Source: Christensenellaceae bacterium | GTDB taxonomy: Bacteria; Bacillota; Clostridia; Christensenellales; CAG-138 | DNA length: 64,000 nt | NCBI GenBank assembly: GCA_031261085.1 | Contig: JAISKB010000005.1 | Span: 587 to 64,586 of the forward strand | Direction: 5' to 3' | Shown: positions 30,386-39,721 of the stretch, one piece after another | Layout: each line of letters opens with the position of its first letter | Position numbering within the stretch: the first letter of the stretch is position 1 | Notes under the pieces: generated by a model | Told to the model about the DNA's origin: nothing | Seen by the model: only the letters and a program-made list of their open reading frames with translations | Databases searched by the model: none | Program-made: the position numbers and the translations under genes

Positions 30386-31432
30386 ATGCCTGAAATGATG
30401 AACGCCCTGGTTAAAACCAAAGCCGGCAAAGGCCTGCAGCTCATGAAAGTGCCCGTACCGGAACCGGGCATCGGCGAGGTGCTCATAAAAATCCGCAAAA
30501 CCGCGATATGCGGCACGGATGTACATATCTACAACTGGGACCCATGGAGCGAGCAGCACATAGCCCCCCCAAGGGTAATAGGCCACGAATATGTGGGGGA
30601 GGTTGTGGCGCTGGGGCCCGGCGTATATGAACACAACTATTCCATCGGGCAGCGCGTATCCGGCGAAGGGCATATCGTGTGCGGGCATTGCCGCAACTGC
30701 CGCGCAGGCCACGGCCACTGGTGCAAGTTCACCCGGGGCGTGGGCGTGGAGCGGGATGGCGCGTTTGCCGAATACCTGTGCATACCCGAAACCAATGTGA
30801 TCCCCATACCCGATGGCATCCCCGATGATATCGTTTCCTTTTTCGATGCCTTCGGCAACGCCACGCACACCGCCACCGAGTTTGACGTGGTGGGCGAAGA
30901 TGTGCTGGTTACCGGCGCGGGCCCCATCGGCGTGATGGCGGCGGGCATTTGCGCGCACAACGGCGCGCGCCGCGTGGTGGTGACCGATGTAAACGAGTAT
31001 CGTTTGGATTTGGCCAAAAAGATGGGGGCTACGGCCACGGTGGATTTGCGCACCCAAACGCTGGAGGAAGTGATGCAGGCCCAGCATATCATCGAAGGGT
31101 TTGATGTAGGCCTGGAGATGAGCGGCAACGGCGCCGCGCTCAACCAGCTGCTAAAGGCCATGCGCAACGGCGGCAAGTGCGCGCTGCTGGGCATAGCCGG
31201 CCCCGGCACCATCATCGACTGGAACGATGTTATATTTAAGGGGCTTACGCTGCAGGGCATATATGGCCGCAAAATGTTCGAAACCTGGTACCGCATGATG
31301 GCGATGGTGGAGAGCGGCTTCGACCTTTCCCCCGTGATCACGCACCGGTTCCACTATACCGATTTTGAAAAGGGTTTTGCCGCCATGAACAGCGGGCAGT
31401 CCGGCAAGGTTGTGCTGGATTGGACAAAATAA
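30386..31432 (+). CDS. tdh: L-threonine 3-dehydrogenase
   Basis: Zinc-ADH motifs [29 protein letters not shown]. Followed directly by kbl. SD GAGGAGGA. Confidence 0.9.
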   Translation: MPEMMNALVKTKAGKGLQLMKVPVPEPGIGEVLIKIRKTAICGTDVHIYNWDPWSEQHIAPPRVIGHEYVGEVVALGPGVYEHNYSIGQRVSGEGHIVCGHCRNCRAGHGHWCKFTRGVGVERDGAFAEYLCIPETNVIPIPDGIPDDIVSFFDAFGNATHTATEFDVVGEDVLVTGAGPIGVMAAGICAHNGARRVVVTDVNEYRLDLAKKMGATATVDLRTQTLEEVMQAQHIIEGFDVGLEMSGNGAALNQLLKAMRNGGKCALLGIAGPGTIIDWNDVIFKGLTLQGIYGRKMFETWYRMMAMVESGFDLSPVITHRFHYTDFEKGFAAMNSGQSGKVVLDWTK

Positions 31433-31458
31433 TTTAAACGAAGGAGCGTGCTTGCACC

Positions 31459-32640
31459 ATGAAGGATTGCTATCAAATTTTTGAGCGGGAGCTCACGAGT
31501 ATACGCGAGAGCGGCACCTATAAAGATGAACGCGTCATCACCACCCCCCAGGCCGCCCGCATCGATACCACCGCCAGCAAGGCCGTGCTGAACATGTGCG
31601 CCAACAACTACCTCGGCCTTTCCAACAACGCGCAGCTCATCGAAGCCGCCAAAGCCGCCTATGACCAATGGGGGTTTGGCCTTTCCTCCGTCCGCTTCAT
31701 ATGCGGCACACAGTCGATACACAAACAGCTCGAAAGCAAGCTGGCCGCGTTTTTGCAGATGGAGGACGCCATACTCTACTCCTCCTGCTTCGACGCCAAC
31801 GGCGGCCTGTTTGAAACGCTGCTTTCCGCCGAGGACGCGGTTATATCCGATGAGCTGAACCACGCCAGCATCATAGACGGCATACGCCTGTGCAAGGCCA
31901 AGCGCCTGCGCTATAAGAACAGCGACATGGCCGACCTGCGGGCGCGTTTGGAAGAAACCAAGGATTGCCGCATCAAGCTCATCGCAACGGACGGCGTGTT
32001 TTCGATGGATGGCTACATCGCCAACCTGGCGGGCATATGCGACCTGGCCGATGAATATGGCGCCATGGTGATGGTGGACGACAGCCATGCCGTGGGCTTT
32101 ATGGGCGAGCATGGCCGCGGCACGCACGAGGCCTGCGGCGTGATGGGCCGGGTGGATATTATAACCGGCACGCTGGGCAAGGCGCTGGGCGGCGCCAGCG
32201 GCGGCTACACGGCGGCCCGGCAGCCCGTTATCGACCTGTTGCGCCAGCGCTCCCGCCCCTACCTGTTTTCCAACACGGTTGCCCCCTCCATTTGCGGGGC
32301 CAGCCTAAAGGTGCTCGAAATGCTATCCTCCTCCACCGCCCTGCGGGATAAGGTGCACGAAAACACCCGGTACTTCCGCACGGAGCTGGCCAAGCTCGGC
32401 TTTGACGTGCCCGAGAGCACGCACCCCATCGTGCCGGTGATGCTATACGATGCCAAGGTGGCGCAGGAATTTGCCGCCCGCATGCTGGAAAAGGGCGTGT
32501 ATGTGGTTGGCTTCTGCTACCCGGTGGTACCCATGGGCAAGGCGCGCATCCGCACGCAGGTAAGCGCCGGGCACAGCAAGCAGGATTTGGATTTTGCCAT
32601 CTCGTGCTTTGCGCAGGTAAAACAGGAAATGGGCATATAA
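31459..32640 (+). CDS. kbl: Glycine C-acetyltransferase (2-amino-3-ketobutyrate CoA ligase)
   Basis: Alpha-oxoamine synthase pattern, PLP-lysine region [15 protein letters not shown]. Partner of tdh. Confidence 0.9.
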   Translation: MKDCYQIFERELTSIRESGTYKDERVITTPQAARIDTTASKAVLNMCANNYLGLSNNAQLIEAAKAAYDQWGFGLSSVRFICGTQSIHKQLESKLAAFLQMEDAILYSSCFDANGGLFETLLSAEDAVISDELNHASIIDGIRLCKAKRLRYKNSDMADLRARLEETKDCRIKLIATDGVFSMDGYIANLAGICDLADEYGAMVMVDDSHAVGFMGEHGRGTHEACGVMGRVDIITGTLGKALGGASGGYTAARQPVIDLLRQRSRPYLFSNTVAPSICGASLKVLEMLSSSTALRDKVHENTRYFRTELAKLGFDVPESTHPIVPVMLYDAKVAQEFAARMLEKGVYVVGFCYPVVPMGKARIRTQVSAGHSKQDLDFAISCFAQVKQEMGI

Positions 32641-32654
32641 GTTGTTTTTTTCGC

Positions 32655-32683
32655 TTGCATTGCCAAGTATAACATGGTAGAAT
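32655..32683 (+). promoter_or_regulatory. Candidate rpmB promoter (TTGCAT-17-TAGAAT)
   Basis: TTGCAT 32655-32660, 17-nt spacer, TAGAAT 32678-32683. Confidence 0.5.
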
Positions 32684-32736
32684 AGCAATGTTTGAGTAAT
32701 GAATATACGCATAATCTCGGTAAGGAGGTGTAAAGC

Positions 32737-32928
32737 ATGGGTAAGTTTTGCGAAGTATGCAACAAAGGCACTATGTCTGGCAATAACGTGAGCCATTCCA
32801 ACCGCAAGTCCAAGCGGGCGTGGGCTCCTAACGTTCAAACCGTACACGTCATCGTGGGCGGCACGCCACAGAAGCTCAATGTATGCACGCGCTGCCTTCG
32901 TTCCGGCAAGGTTGAGCGTAGCGTCTGA
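32737..32928 (+). CDS. rpmB: 50S ribosomal protein L28
   Basis: MGKFCEVCNKGTMSGNNVSHSNRKSKRAWAPNVQ; SD AAGGAGG. Confidence 0.95.
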   Translation: MGKFCEVCNKGTMSGNNVSHSNRKSKRAWAPNVQTVHVIVGGTPQKLNVCTRCLRSGKVERSV

Positions 32929-32943
32929 TAGCTAAGTCAATCA

Positions 32944-32975
32944 AGAACCATCCTTTTGCGGGTGGTTCTTTTTTG
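32944..32975 (+). terminator. Rho-independent terminator of rpmB
   Basis: AGAACCATCC-TTTTGC-GGGTGGTTCT (10-bp stem with one G-U) followed by TTTTT. Confidence 0.75.
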
Positions 32976-32989
32976 TTATTGTAAATTTG

Positions 32990-33025
32990 CCCCATCCCCT
33001 AACCCCTTCCCCAGGGAAGGGGAAG
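32990..33025 (-). repeat. Short dispersed GC-hairpin element, copy 2 (inverted relative to 19141..19174)
   Basis: The reverse complement reads CTTCCCCTTCCCTGGGGAAGGGGTTAGGGGATGGGG. It has the same GGGGTTAGGGGATGG core and hairpin architecture as copy 1. Confidence 0.5.
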
Positions 33026-33127
33026 TGATTAAAATCTTTGTTTGCGGGGGCAAGCCCCCGCACCCCCGTTTTTGCTTATAAATTGTTTTGAAGACAAATC
33101 CCCACAAAAACGTTCCCAAAAACAATC

Positions 33128-33313
33128 CTACCTTCTATACAAAAACACCCAAAACAGCAGCGTGAGTATGCCGGAGAGTATCAGTGACCATATGAACCCG
33201 ACCTTGCACAGCAGCATCAGCAGCAGCAATAGGACGAGCACGACAGTAAAATGCAGCGTGCGCCGCCTATAGCACCGCTTGCGAATGTGTACGACACTGG
33301 GGCGCATATGCAT
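33128..33313 (-). CDS. Hypothetical small membrane protein (61 aa)
   Basis: ATG 33313 is preceded by GGAGGAGGGG 7 nt upstream. Sequence MHMRPSVVHIRKRCYRRRTLHFTVVLVLLLLLMLLCKVGFIWSLILSGILTLLFWVFLYRR has a basic N-terminus and a long hydrophobic stretch (one or two TM). No recognisable family. Confidence 0.4.
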   Translation of the reverse strand: MHMRPSVVHIRKRCYRRRTLHFTVVLVLLLLLMLLCKVGFIWSLILSGILTLLFWVFLYRR

Positions 33314-33445
33314 GCCAAATCCCCTCCTCCCCTTTTGTAGCAATATATGCGCAAAGCGCGGGGCAGGTTCCCCCATGGCGCAAACACCCAATGGCGGGTT
33401 ACGGAATACATTGTTATTGTATATCGTTGCAAGAGGAGGATGTTT

Positions 33446-34192
33446 ATGGCGAAAACCATTGTGGAAATAAACGATGTAAGCTTAACCTACCACGAGACCA
33501 ACGGTGAAACACAGGCGATCGATCACCTGCGTTTTTCTGTGGAGCGGGGTGAATTCGTCTCCATCGTGGGCCCTTCGGGCTGCGGCAAAACCAGCATACT
33601 TTCGCTGCTGGCAGGGCTGTTACAGCCCTCGGCGGGCAACATTTATATCGAGGGCCGCCCCGGCTACATGCTCCAGCGGGATCATCTGCTGGATTGGCGC
33701 ACCATCGAAGGGAATATTCTGCTGGGCCTGCAGGTGAAGGGCCTGCTCAACGAGCGGACGCGGGCCTATGCGCTGAGCCTGCTTAAAACCTATGGCCTTT
33801 ATGATTTTTTACACAGCTATCCGCATCAGCTTTCCGGCGGCATGCGCCAAAAGGTCGCCTTGATACGCACGCTGGCCTGCTCCCCCGAGCTGCTGCTGCT
33901 GGATGAACCGTTTTCAGCGCTCGACTATCAAACCCGCCTTACCGTGGCCGATGAAATATATGGCATACTCCGCCGCGAAGGCAAAACCGCCATTTTGGTC
34001 ACGCACGACATCGCGGAGGCTATATCCATGAGCGACCGCGTGCTGGTATTTACCGGCCGGCCCGCGCGCCTAAAGAGCGAGCATCGCATCGCGCTGGGCG
34101 ACCGCACGCCGCTAAAGCGGCGCAACGCGCCCGAATTTAAGGAATATTTCGATACTATTTGGAAGGAACTGGATTGCTATGCGCAAATCTAA
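33446..34192 (+). CDS. ABC transporter ATP-binding protein, NitT/TauT (SsuB/TauB-like) family
   Basis: GPSGCGKTS Walker A, LSGGMRQKVAL signature, LLLLDEPFSALD Walker B. ATG 33446 follows GAGGAGGA. The track ORF start at 33347 has no SD. Confidence 0.88.
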   Translation: MAKTIVEINDVSLTYHETNGETQAIDHLRFSVERGEFVSIVGPSGCGKTSILSLLAGLLQPSAGNIYIEGRPGYMLQRDHLLDWRTIEGNILLGLQVKGLLNERTRAYALSLLKTYGLYDFLHSYPHQLSGGMRQKVALIRTLACSPELLLLDEPFSALDYQTRLTVADEIYGILRREGKTAILVTHDIAEAISMSDRVLVFTGRPARLKSEHRIALGDRTPLKRRNAPEFKEYFDTIWKELDCYAQI

Positions 34193-34991
34193 CCCCGCAT
34201 ACAGCGCCGAGCACCTGGCGTTTTTACAGGGCATACGCCGCAAAGCCCGCTTTGTGACCGCCATGCGCTATTTGATACTCGTCGCATTCTTATTATTATG
34301 GGAGCTTGCGGCAAACCTAGGCTGGATAGACCCGTTTATCGCCAGCTCGCCCGGCAGGCTGGCCGCCGCGATTTTGCGGCTATACAGCAGCGGCGACCTG
34401 TTTATGCACATCGGCATCACGCTGTTTGAAACCATTGTGGGGTTTGTGCTGGGCACCGCAATAGGCACGCTCATCGCCATATTGCTGTGGTGGAGCGCCA
34501 CGCTCAACCATATTTTAGACCCATATCTGGTGGTGCTCAACGCCCTGCCCAAGGTGGCGCTCGGGCCCATACTCATAGTTTGGTTTGGCGCGGGCATGCG
34601 CAGCATCATCGTGATGGCGCTGCTCATCTCCCTCATCGTAACCGTGATGAGCGTGCTGGCCGGGTTTAATGAAATAACCGGCGAAAAGCAGCAGCTCATG
34701 CGCACGCTGGGCGCCAACAAATTCCAAATTTTAACCATGATCGTGCTTCCCGCCTCGGTACCCACCATCATGAACGCGCTGAAAATCAGCGTGGGCATGA
34801 GCTGGGTAGGCGTGATTATGGGGGAATACCTCGTATCCAAGGCGGGGCTGGGGTACTTAATCGTGTATGGCAGCCAGGTGTTTAAGCTCGATTTGGTGAT
34901 GGCCAGCATCGTGATACTGTGCGTGCTCGCCGCCATGATGTATTATGGTGTGGCCTATTTGGAGCGCAAAATTGCCGTTTGGCGGCGATAA
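34179..34991 (+). CDS. ABC transporter permease, SsuC/TauC-like
   Basis: Six hydrophobic segments and the EAA-type loop region ..MRTLGANKFQILTMIVLPASVPTIMNALK.. Overlaps the ATPase gene by 14 nt. Confidence 0.85.
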   Translation: MRKSNPAYSAEHLAFLQGIRRKARFVTAMRYLILVAFLLLWELAANLGWIDPFIASSPGRLAAAILRLYSSGDLFMHIGITLFETIVGFVLGTAIGTLIAILLWWSATLNHILDPYLVVLNALPKVALGPILIVWFGAGMRSIIVMALLISLIVTVMSVLAGFNEITGEKQQLMRTLGANKFQILTMIVLPASVPTIMNALKISVGMSWVGVIMGEYLVSKAGLGYLIVYGSQVFKLDLVMASIVILCVLAAMMYYGVAYLERKIAVWRR

Positions 34992-35007
34992 AAAGCCGCC
35001 GCGCGAT

Positions 35008-35484
35008 TCAGTCGCACAGCGGCACCAGCTCCCCCTCGGCTGTTCCCTCCCGTATCACCAGCAGCCCCATGTACCGTTTGGAACCGCCCCGCGGCCGCGA
35101 GGGGCTGCCCGGGCACAGCACCAGCACATCGCCGCCCTCATCCAACAGCGGCACATGCGTATGCCCATACAGCGCCACGGTGCAATGCAGCTCCCGCGCG
35201 CGGGCGACCAGCCGCGCCGGGCTATCGTTTACGCCATAGCGGTGCCCATGCGCCATGAATATGCGCACGCCGCCCAGGCAAACCACGCGTTCCGTCTGGC
35301 CGGCATAGTCGCAATTGCCCGCCACCGAAAACACCTCTGTCCCTTCGGCCCGCAGCAGCTCCGCATCCCTTGCGTAGTCGCCCAGGTGCAGCCATGCTTC
35401 CACCTGCCCTACGGCGGCCTGGCATTGGGCTATCGCAAAGCGGTCGCCATGCGTATCGCCGATTATCCCCACCCGCGTCAGCAT
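35008..35484 (-). CDS. YfcE/MJ0936-family metallophosphoesterase
   Basis: GIIGDTHGD, GNCD, MAHGH, GHTH motifs. ATG 35484 has SD TGGAG. Position equals B. subtilis ysnB after rdgB. Confidence 0.85.
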   Translation of the reverse strand: MLTRVGIIGDTHGDRFAIAQCQAAVGQVEAWLHLGDYARDAELLRAEGTEVFSVAGNCDYAGQTERVVCLGGVRIFMAHGHRYGVNDSPARLVARARELHCTVALYGHTHVPLLDEGGDVLVLCPGSPSRPRGGSKRYMGLLVIREGTAEGELVPLCD

Positions 35485-36071
35485 GGCCGCTCCAGCTGCG
35501 CGCACAGGGCCTCTATGGCGCGCTTGCGGTGGCTGATTCCATTCTTTTGTGCGGCGGTTAGCTCGGCAAAGCTCTTGTGCAGCGGTTCATAATAAAACAA
35601 CGGGTCATAGCCAAAGCCGTTTTCCCCCTGCGGCGCGCGCAGCAGCCTGCCCTCCACCTGCCCTTGGGCCGTGAGCGTGTGTAGGCCCCGCCGCACCAGC
35701 GCCACCGCGCTCACGAAGCGGCAGCCCCGCTCCGCATTTGGCACGCCCTGCATGGCCTCGAGCAGCTTTGCGTTGTTGGCGGCGTCGTCGTGCCCCGCCC
35801 CGGCGTACCGCGCGCTGTATACCCCCGGCGCGCCCTCAAGCGCCTGCACCATAAGGCCGCTGTCGTCGCTGAGCGCGGCATCGGCATCGCAAACGGCAAA
35901 TACCTCCTGCGCCTTTTTAAGCGCGTTGGCCAAGAAGGTATCGCCATCCTCCACCACGTCTATATCGATGCCCGCTTCTTTAAGCGAGAGTATCTCCTCG
36001 TAAAAGGCGCCCAGTATGGCCTTGATTTCGGCAATTTTGTGCGCGTTGTTGGATGCTATGATAAGCCGCAT
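35478..36071 (-). CDS. rdgB: Non-canonical purine NTP pyrophosphatase (dITP/XTP), RdgB/HAM1 family
   Basis: MRLIIASNNAHKIAEIKAIL.., ..GENGFGYDPLFY..SFAEL. Confidence 0.9.
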   Translation of the reverse strand: MRLIIASNNAHKIAEIKAILGAFYEEILSLKEAGIDIDVVEDGDTFLANALKKAQEVFAVCDADAALSDDSGLMVQALEGAPGVYSARYAGAGHDDAANNAKLLEAMQGVPNAERGCRFVSAVALVRRGLHTLTAQGQVEGRLLRAPQGENGFGYDPLFYYEPLHKSFAELTAAQKNGISHRKRAIEALCAQLERPC

Positions 36072-36216
36072 CGCCCGTTCTCCTTCGTAAAAAAAGTTTG
36101 TAAAAAATTTGTATCTATCATACCGCCCGGCACGCCGCCCGGCAATAGCAACATAAAAATTTGCGAGGGAACATGCCCCCGCAAAATCACAGGCCGGCCA
36201 TGCGGGCCGCTGTACC

Positions 36217-37173
36217 TTAGCGGAACTCGTTTACATATACCGAGGCGCTCACCTGCCCCGCATGCAGGCTGTATGGCTCGCCCTCCACATATAAATCGAC
36301 GCCGTATACCGGCTCTAGCGCGTTGGCCGTAAGGCATATGGCGTTGAGCGCGGCCGCGCTCAAGCCATCTACCTGCGCAACCGCCAAATATTCCTTGGTT
36401 ACATCCACATAGGCGACGCCGCTATCGATATAGGCGCTGCGCAGGGCGGTGCCCTCGGGGAAGCAGTTGCGCAGCGCGGCGCTCCCCGGCCCCGCAATCA
36501 GCTCCTCCACCGCCGCGGCAAAGGTTGGGTCGGCGGCCACATAGCGCGTGACGGGTATGTTGAGGCCGGCGTTTTGGTTGGGAAAATACAGCGTGAGCGC
36601 ATGGGCGCTATCGGAGGATACGGCCAGCTCGCTATCCTCCACATTCAGCGGCAGCGCCGCCATGGCCGTATCGAGCCCGGTGCCGTGGGGCAGCGCCTTT
36701 ACCTTGGCGCCGTCTATCGTGATGCTGACCGTGCTTATAGAATCAAACTCCGTGAGCGTATTGACCAAACTCGTTATCATCGCCTGCTCCAGCGCGGCAT
36801 CCGCCAGCTCGGTCAGGCCCGTGATGTCCAGCGCGGCGGCGCCATCCTCGCCTATGCGCAGCGAAAACCCGGCGCCCTCCGGCACGATGGTTTTAAGCCC
36901 CATGCCGGCCGCGGAAGCCTCGTTGGCAGGCGTACCCACCAAATACCCCAGCGCGGCTTTGCCTATGCCTTCCTCCCACGGTATGCGTTTCATCACCGGG
37001 ACAATAAAGCCAGTATCCGACAAATAATACAGCACCGTGCGGCGGTAGCCCGCATCCGGATCCTCCTCAAACACTTCCTCTTCATGCCCGGCGGCGCAGC
37101 CCGCACAAAGCGCCGCTGCCAGCACGCCCCCCGCCACCATATACCAAAGCCGTTTTCGCATCGCTCTTCCCAT
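36217..37173 (-). CDS. gerM: GerM-like sporulation/germination lipoprotein (two GerMN domains)
   Basis: Signal peptide with lipobox LCAGC. ..RRTVLYYLSDTGFIVPV.. and a second ..LTLYFPNQNAGLNIPVTRYV.. module. Synteny gerM..rdgB-ysnB as in B. subtilis. Alternative start ATG 37161. Confidence 0.72.
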   Translation of the reverse strand: MGRAMRKRLWYMVAGGVLAAALCAGCAAGHEEEVFEEDPDAGYRRTVLYYLSDTGFIVPVMKRIPWEEGIGKAALGYLVGTPANEASAAGMGLKTIVPEGAGFSLRIGEDGAAALDITGLTELADAALEQAMITSLVNTLTEFDSISTVSITIDGAKVKALPHGTGLDTAMAALPLNVEDSELAVSSDSAHALTLYFPNQNAGLNIPVTRYVAADPTFAAAVEELIAGPGSAALRNCFPEGTALRSAYIDSGVAYVDVTKEYLAVAQVDGLSAAALNAICLTANALEPVYGVDLYVEGEPYSLHAGQVSASVYVNEFR

Positions 37174-37232
37174 CCCTTCCCCTACATATTTTGTATAGGA
37201 TTATGAGAAAAAAGAGGGAAACATGCTATGGA

Positions 37233-38957
37233 TTACACCTGTTTGATGGCTTTTACCTCGGCATCGGCCGGGGTGACATACGCCGTTTTATTTGCGGTAT
37301 ACACAACCATGCCGGGTTTTGCCCCGGCGGGCTTTTTTACATGCTTGCGGGGCGCATAATCCACCGGCACATTGCCGCTGCCCCGCGCCTTGCTGTAATA
37401 GGCGGCCAGCAGGCAGGCCTCATACAGCGTCGCCTTGGAGGGTTCCGCCTGCTTGATAATCACATGCGAGCCGGGTATCTCCTTGGTGTGCAACCAAATA
37501 TCCTCCCCCGCCGCGCGCAGGGTCAAGTCATCGTTTTGGCGGTTGTTTTTGCCCACGAAGATATCCGCCCCATCGCTCGAAACAAAGTGCATGGGTTTGG
37601 AAGCGGGCAGCTTGGCCGGTTTCTTTTCGCCCGGCTTATGCTTGATATACCCCAGCTTGCCCAGCTCCTCGCTCAGCTCCGCAAGCTCTATGGCATCGGT
37701 GCACTTGCCAAGGTTATCGAGCTGCCCCTCCAAATAGGCCAGCTCTTCCAGCGCCGCTGCCCGGTGCAGGCGCGAAATATCCCGCGCCGCCTTTGCCTTT
37801 TGATATTTTTTATAATATTGCCTTGCGTTCACGCCGGCCGAAAACTGCGGGTTGAGCGGTATGACTATGGGCGCGGGCGGGTCAAAATAATAGTTTTGCA
37901 CCATGGCCTGATTCACGCCCGGCGCGATGGCGTGCTGGTTTGCCGTGAGCAGCTCGCCATACAGCCGCAGCCGCTCGATGGCGTCCTCCGCATCGATGGC
38001 GCCTTCATACAGCGCCAGCTTCTTCAGGCAGCGCTCTATGTTGTTTTGCAGCACGCGGCGCAGCGAGCCGCCATGCCGCTGCATCCGCTGGGCAATATCC
38101 TGCCGCTCATAAAACGTATCCAGCGCCTGCCGCATCGTGGGCAGGGGGGAACAATCGGGCAGGTTTGGCACAAATGGATAGATCGCAAGCGGCGCGCCGT
38201 AGGCATCCAGCGCCAGCGCGGGCCTGCATACGCCCTCCTTGAGCTCGGCAAACAGCGCATACAGCGAAGCCGCCAGAGCCTCCTTTTCAGCTGAGGTGAG
38301 CAGCTCGCAATCGCGTTGACTCGTAACCCGTTCGCAAAGCGCGGCCGCCATATTGGGCGCAATGCCGAAGAAGGCGCCGCTCAAGGCTTTATCCACCCGG
38401 CCGGCCACAAGCGCACCCGCGATTTCGGCTTGGCTCGCCTGGCGAATATCCCGCTTTTGCTGCGGGGGCGGCAAAACATAGGGCACGCCGGGCAGCAGCA
38501 CCCGCACCTCGCTCATGCCGGGGCCCACGCGTTTGATGGCGTCCACAACCGCGCCCGCTTCGTTGATGAGCACAAGGTTGGAATACTTGCCCATCACCTC
38601 GGCGCAGAGCGTATAGGGCACGCTGTCCCCCAATTCGTTTTGCGCCTGAACCACGATGTTGAGCACGCGGTCCATATTGGGCTGGTCGACCGAAACGATG
38701 CGCCCGCCCAGCAGTTTTTTGCGCAGCAGCATGCAAAACACGGGGGCTTCCAGCGGGTTGGCCCGCTTTACATCCGTGAGCTGCGCGCGCGCGTGCATGG
38801 GGTTGGCCGAAAGCAGCAGGCGGTGATTTTCCCCCTCGGCGCGCACCAAAAGCACCAGCTCATCCTTTTCGGGCTGGTGTATTTTATCGATTTTTCCACC
38901 GCAGAGCGCGCGTATCTCCTGCGTTGCGGCATATAGGTTAAGGCCATCCATCGCCAT
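37233..38957 (-). CDS. rqcH: Ribosome quality-control protein RqcH (NFACT / FbpA family)
   Basis: MAMDGLNLYAATQEIRALCGGKIDKIHQPEKDELVL (NFACT-N) and C-terminal DIWLHTKEIPGSHVIIK (NFACT-R). The track start at 38987 lacks an SD. Confidence 0.85.
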   Translation of the reverse strand: MAMDGLNLYAATQEIRALCGGKIDKIHQPEKDELVLLVRAEGENHRLLLSANPMHARAQLTDVKRANPLEAPVFCMLLRKKLLGGRIVSVDQPNMDRVLNIVVQAQNELGDSVPYTLCAEVMGKYSNLVLINEAGAVVDAIKRVGPGMSEVRVLLPGVPYVLPPPQQKRDIRQASQAEIAGALVAGRVDKALSGAFFGIAPNMAAALCERVTSQRDCELLTSAEKEALAASLYALFAELKEGVCRPALALDAYGAPLAIYPFVPNLPDCSPLPTMRQALDTFYERQDIAQRMQRHGGSLRRVLQNNIERCLKKLALYEGAIDAEDAIERLRLYGELLTANQHAIAPGVNQAMVQNYYFDPPAPIVIPLNPQFSAGVNARQYYKKYQKAKAARDISRLHRAAALEELAYLEGQLDNLGKCTDAIELAELSEELGKLGYIKHKPGEKKPAKLPASKPMHFVSSDGADIFVGKNNRQNDDLTLRAAGEDIWLHTKEIPGSHVIIKQAEPSKATLYEACLLAAYYSKARGSGNVPVDYAPRKHVKKPAGAKPGMVVYTANKTAYVTPADAEVKAIKQV

Positions 38958-38995
38958 AGCTTTTTGGCGACCTCCTCTTTCGTACATTTGCGCTT

Positions 38996-39661
38996 TTAAA
39001 AGCGATCCATCAGCGGGGCGCCAAGCTGCTCGATGCCGGCGCAGGATACCTCATACGCGACGCGTTCGAGCACCTGCCCCTCCGGCAGAACCTTTTGATA
39101 GACGCGGCTTTGCAGCCTGCCTGTTATGCGCACCTTGGCGCCCACGGGCAAATCCTTGGCGAAGCGGGCCTGCCGCCCCCACGCGATGCAGGGCAGATAG
39201 TCGGATTTATTATAGGAACGGTTGACCGCGAGCAGCATATCGCCGATTTCGCGCATAAACGGCGTGGTGCGAAACACCACCGGCTTGCACACATAGCCCG
39301 ATAGCGTCACCTCGTTTTGCGGCGGCTCCGCAGGGCCGGCCAGCTCGAGCGTGCGCGCAAACACCGTAATGAGCAGCCGGTTGCCGGTATCGGCGGGCTT
39401 ATTGTAGGAGCGCAGCTGACCCCAAACGCGCACACGCGCGCCCACCCGCGGCAATTCGGCGCATGCGCGGGCCGGGAGCGTGACGGGCAGCTCATCCTTA
39501 GCGCCGCTTAAGCGCGGGACGGAGAGCGTAAACATATAAAACGCCTCGCCATACAGCTGATGATCCAACTGCGCGGCCTCGCTCACCTCTCCGCTGATAC
39601 AGATCGCGTTATCCTCATTGGCCTTGGTCATAGTACTTATAAGCCCCCATGTAAAATACAT
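38996..39661 (-). CDS. Tandem OB-fold, SSB-like protein
   Basis: Two similar halves: NAICISGEV..F.L.VPRLSG..DELPV....RVRVWGQLRSYN and NEVTLSGYV..PVVFRTTP..REIGDMLLAVNR..DYLPCIAWGR..VRITGRLQSR. The start is uncertain (39661 or 39631). Confidence 0.5.
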   Translation of the reverse strand: MYFTWGLISTMTKANEDNAICISGEVSEAAQLDHQLYGEAFYMFTLSVPRLSGAKDELPVTLPARACAELPRVGARVRVWGQLRSYNKPADTGNRLLITVFARTLELAGPAEPPQNEVTLSGYVCKPVVFRTTPFMREIGDMLLAVNRSYNKSDYLPCIAWGRQARFAKDLPVGAKVRITGRLQSRVYQKVLPEGQVLERVAYEVSCAGIEQLGAPLMDRF

Positions 39662-39721
39662 TTTTGCGTTGCTTATAAGTATTCTATTTATTATGCGTTT
39701 ATGTACGTTTGTTGCAGCAGG

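Noticed and set aside
33044-33073. Hairpin GCGGGGG-CAAG-CCCCCGC downstream of the rpmB terminator
   Set aside because: The T-run is separated from the stem by 7 nt on the plus strand, and there is no U-run on the minus strand. Its role is ambiguous, possibly a terminator for the small minus-strand ORF, so it was not called.
37191-38294. 367-aa plus-strand ORF
   Set aside because: Antisense to rqcH, with an Arg/Gly/Leu/Gln-rich product.
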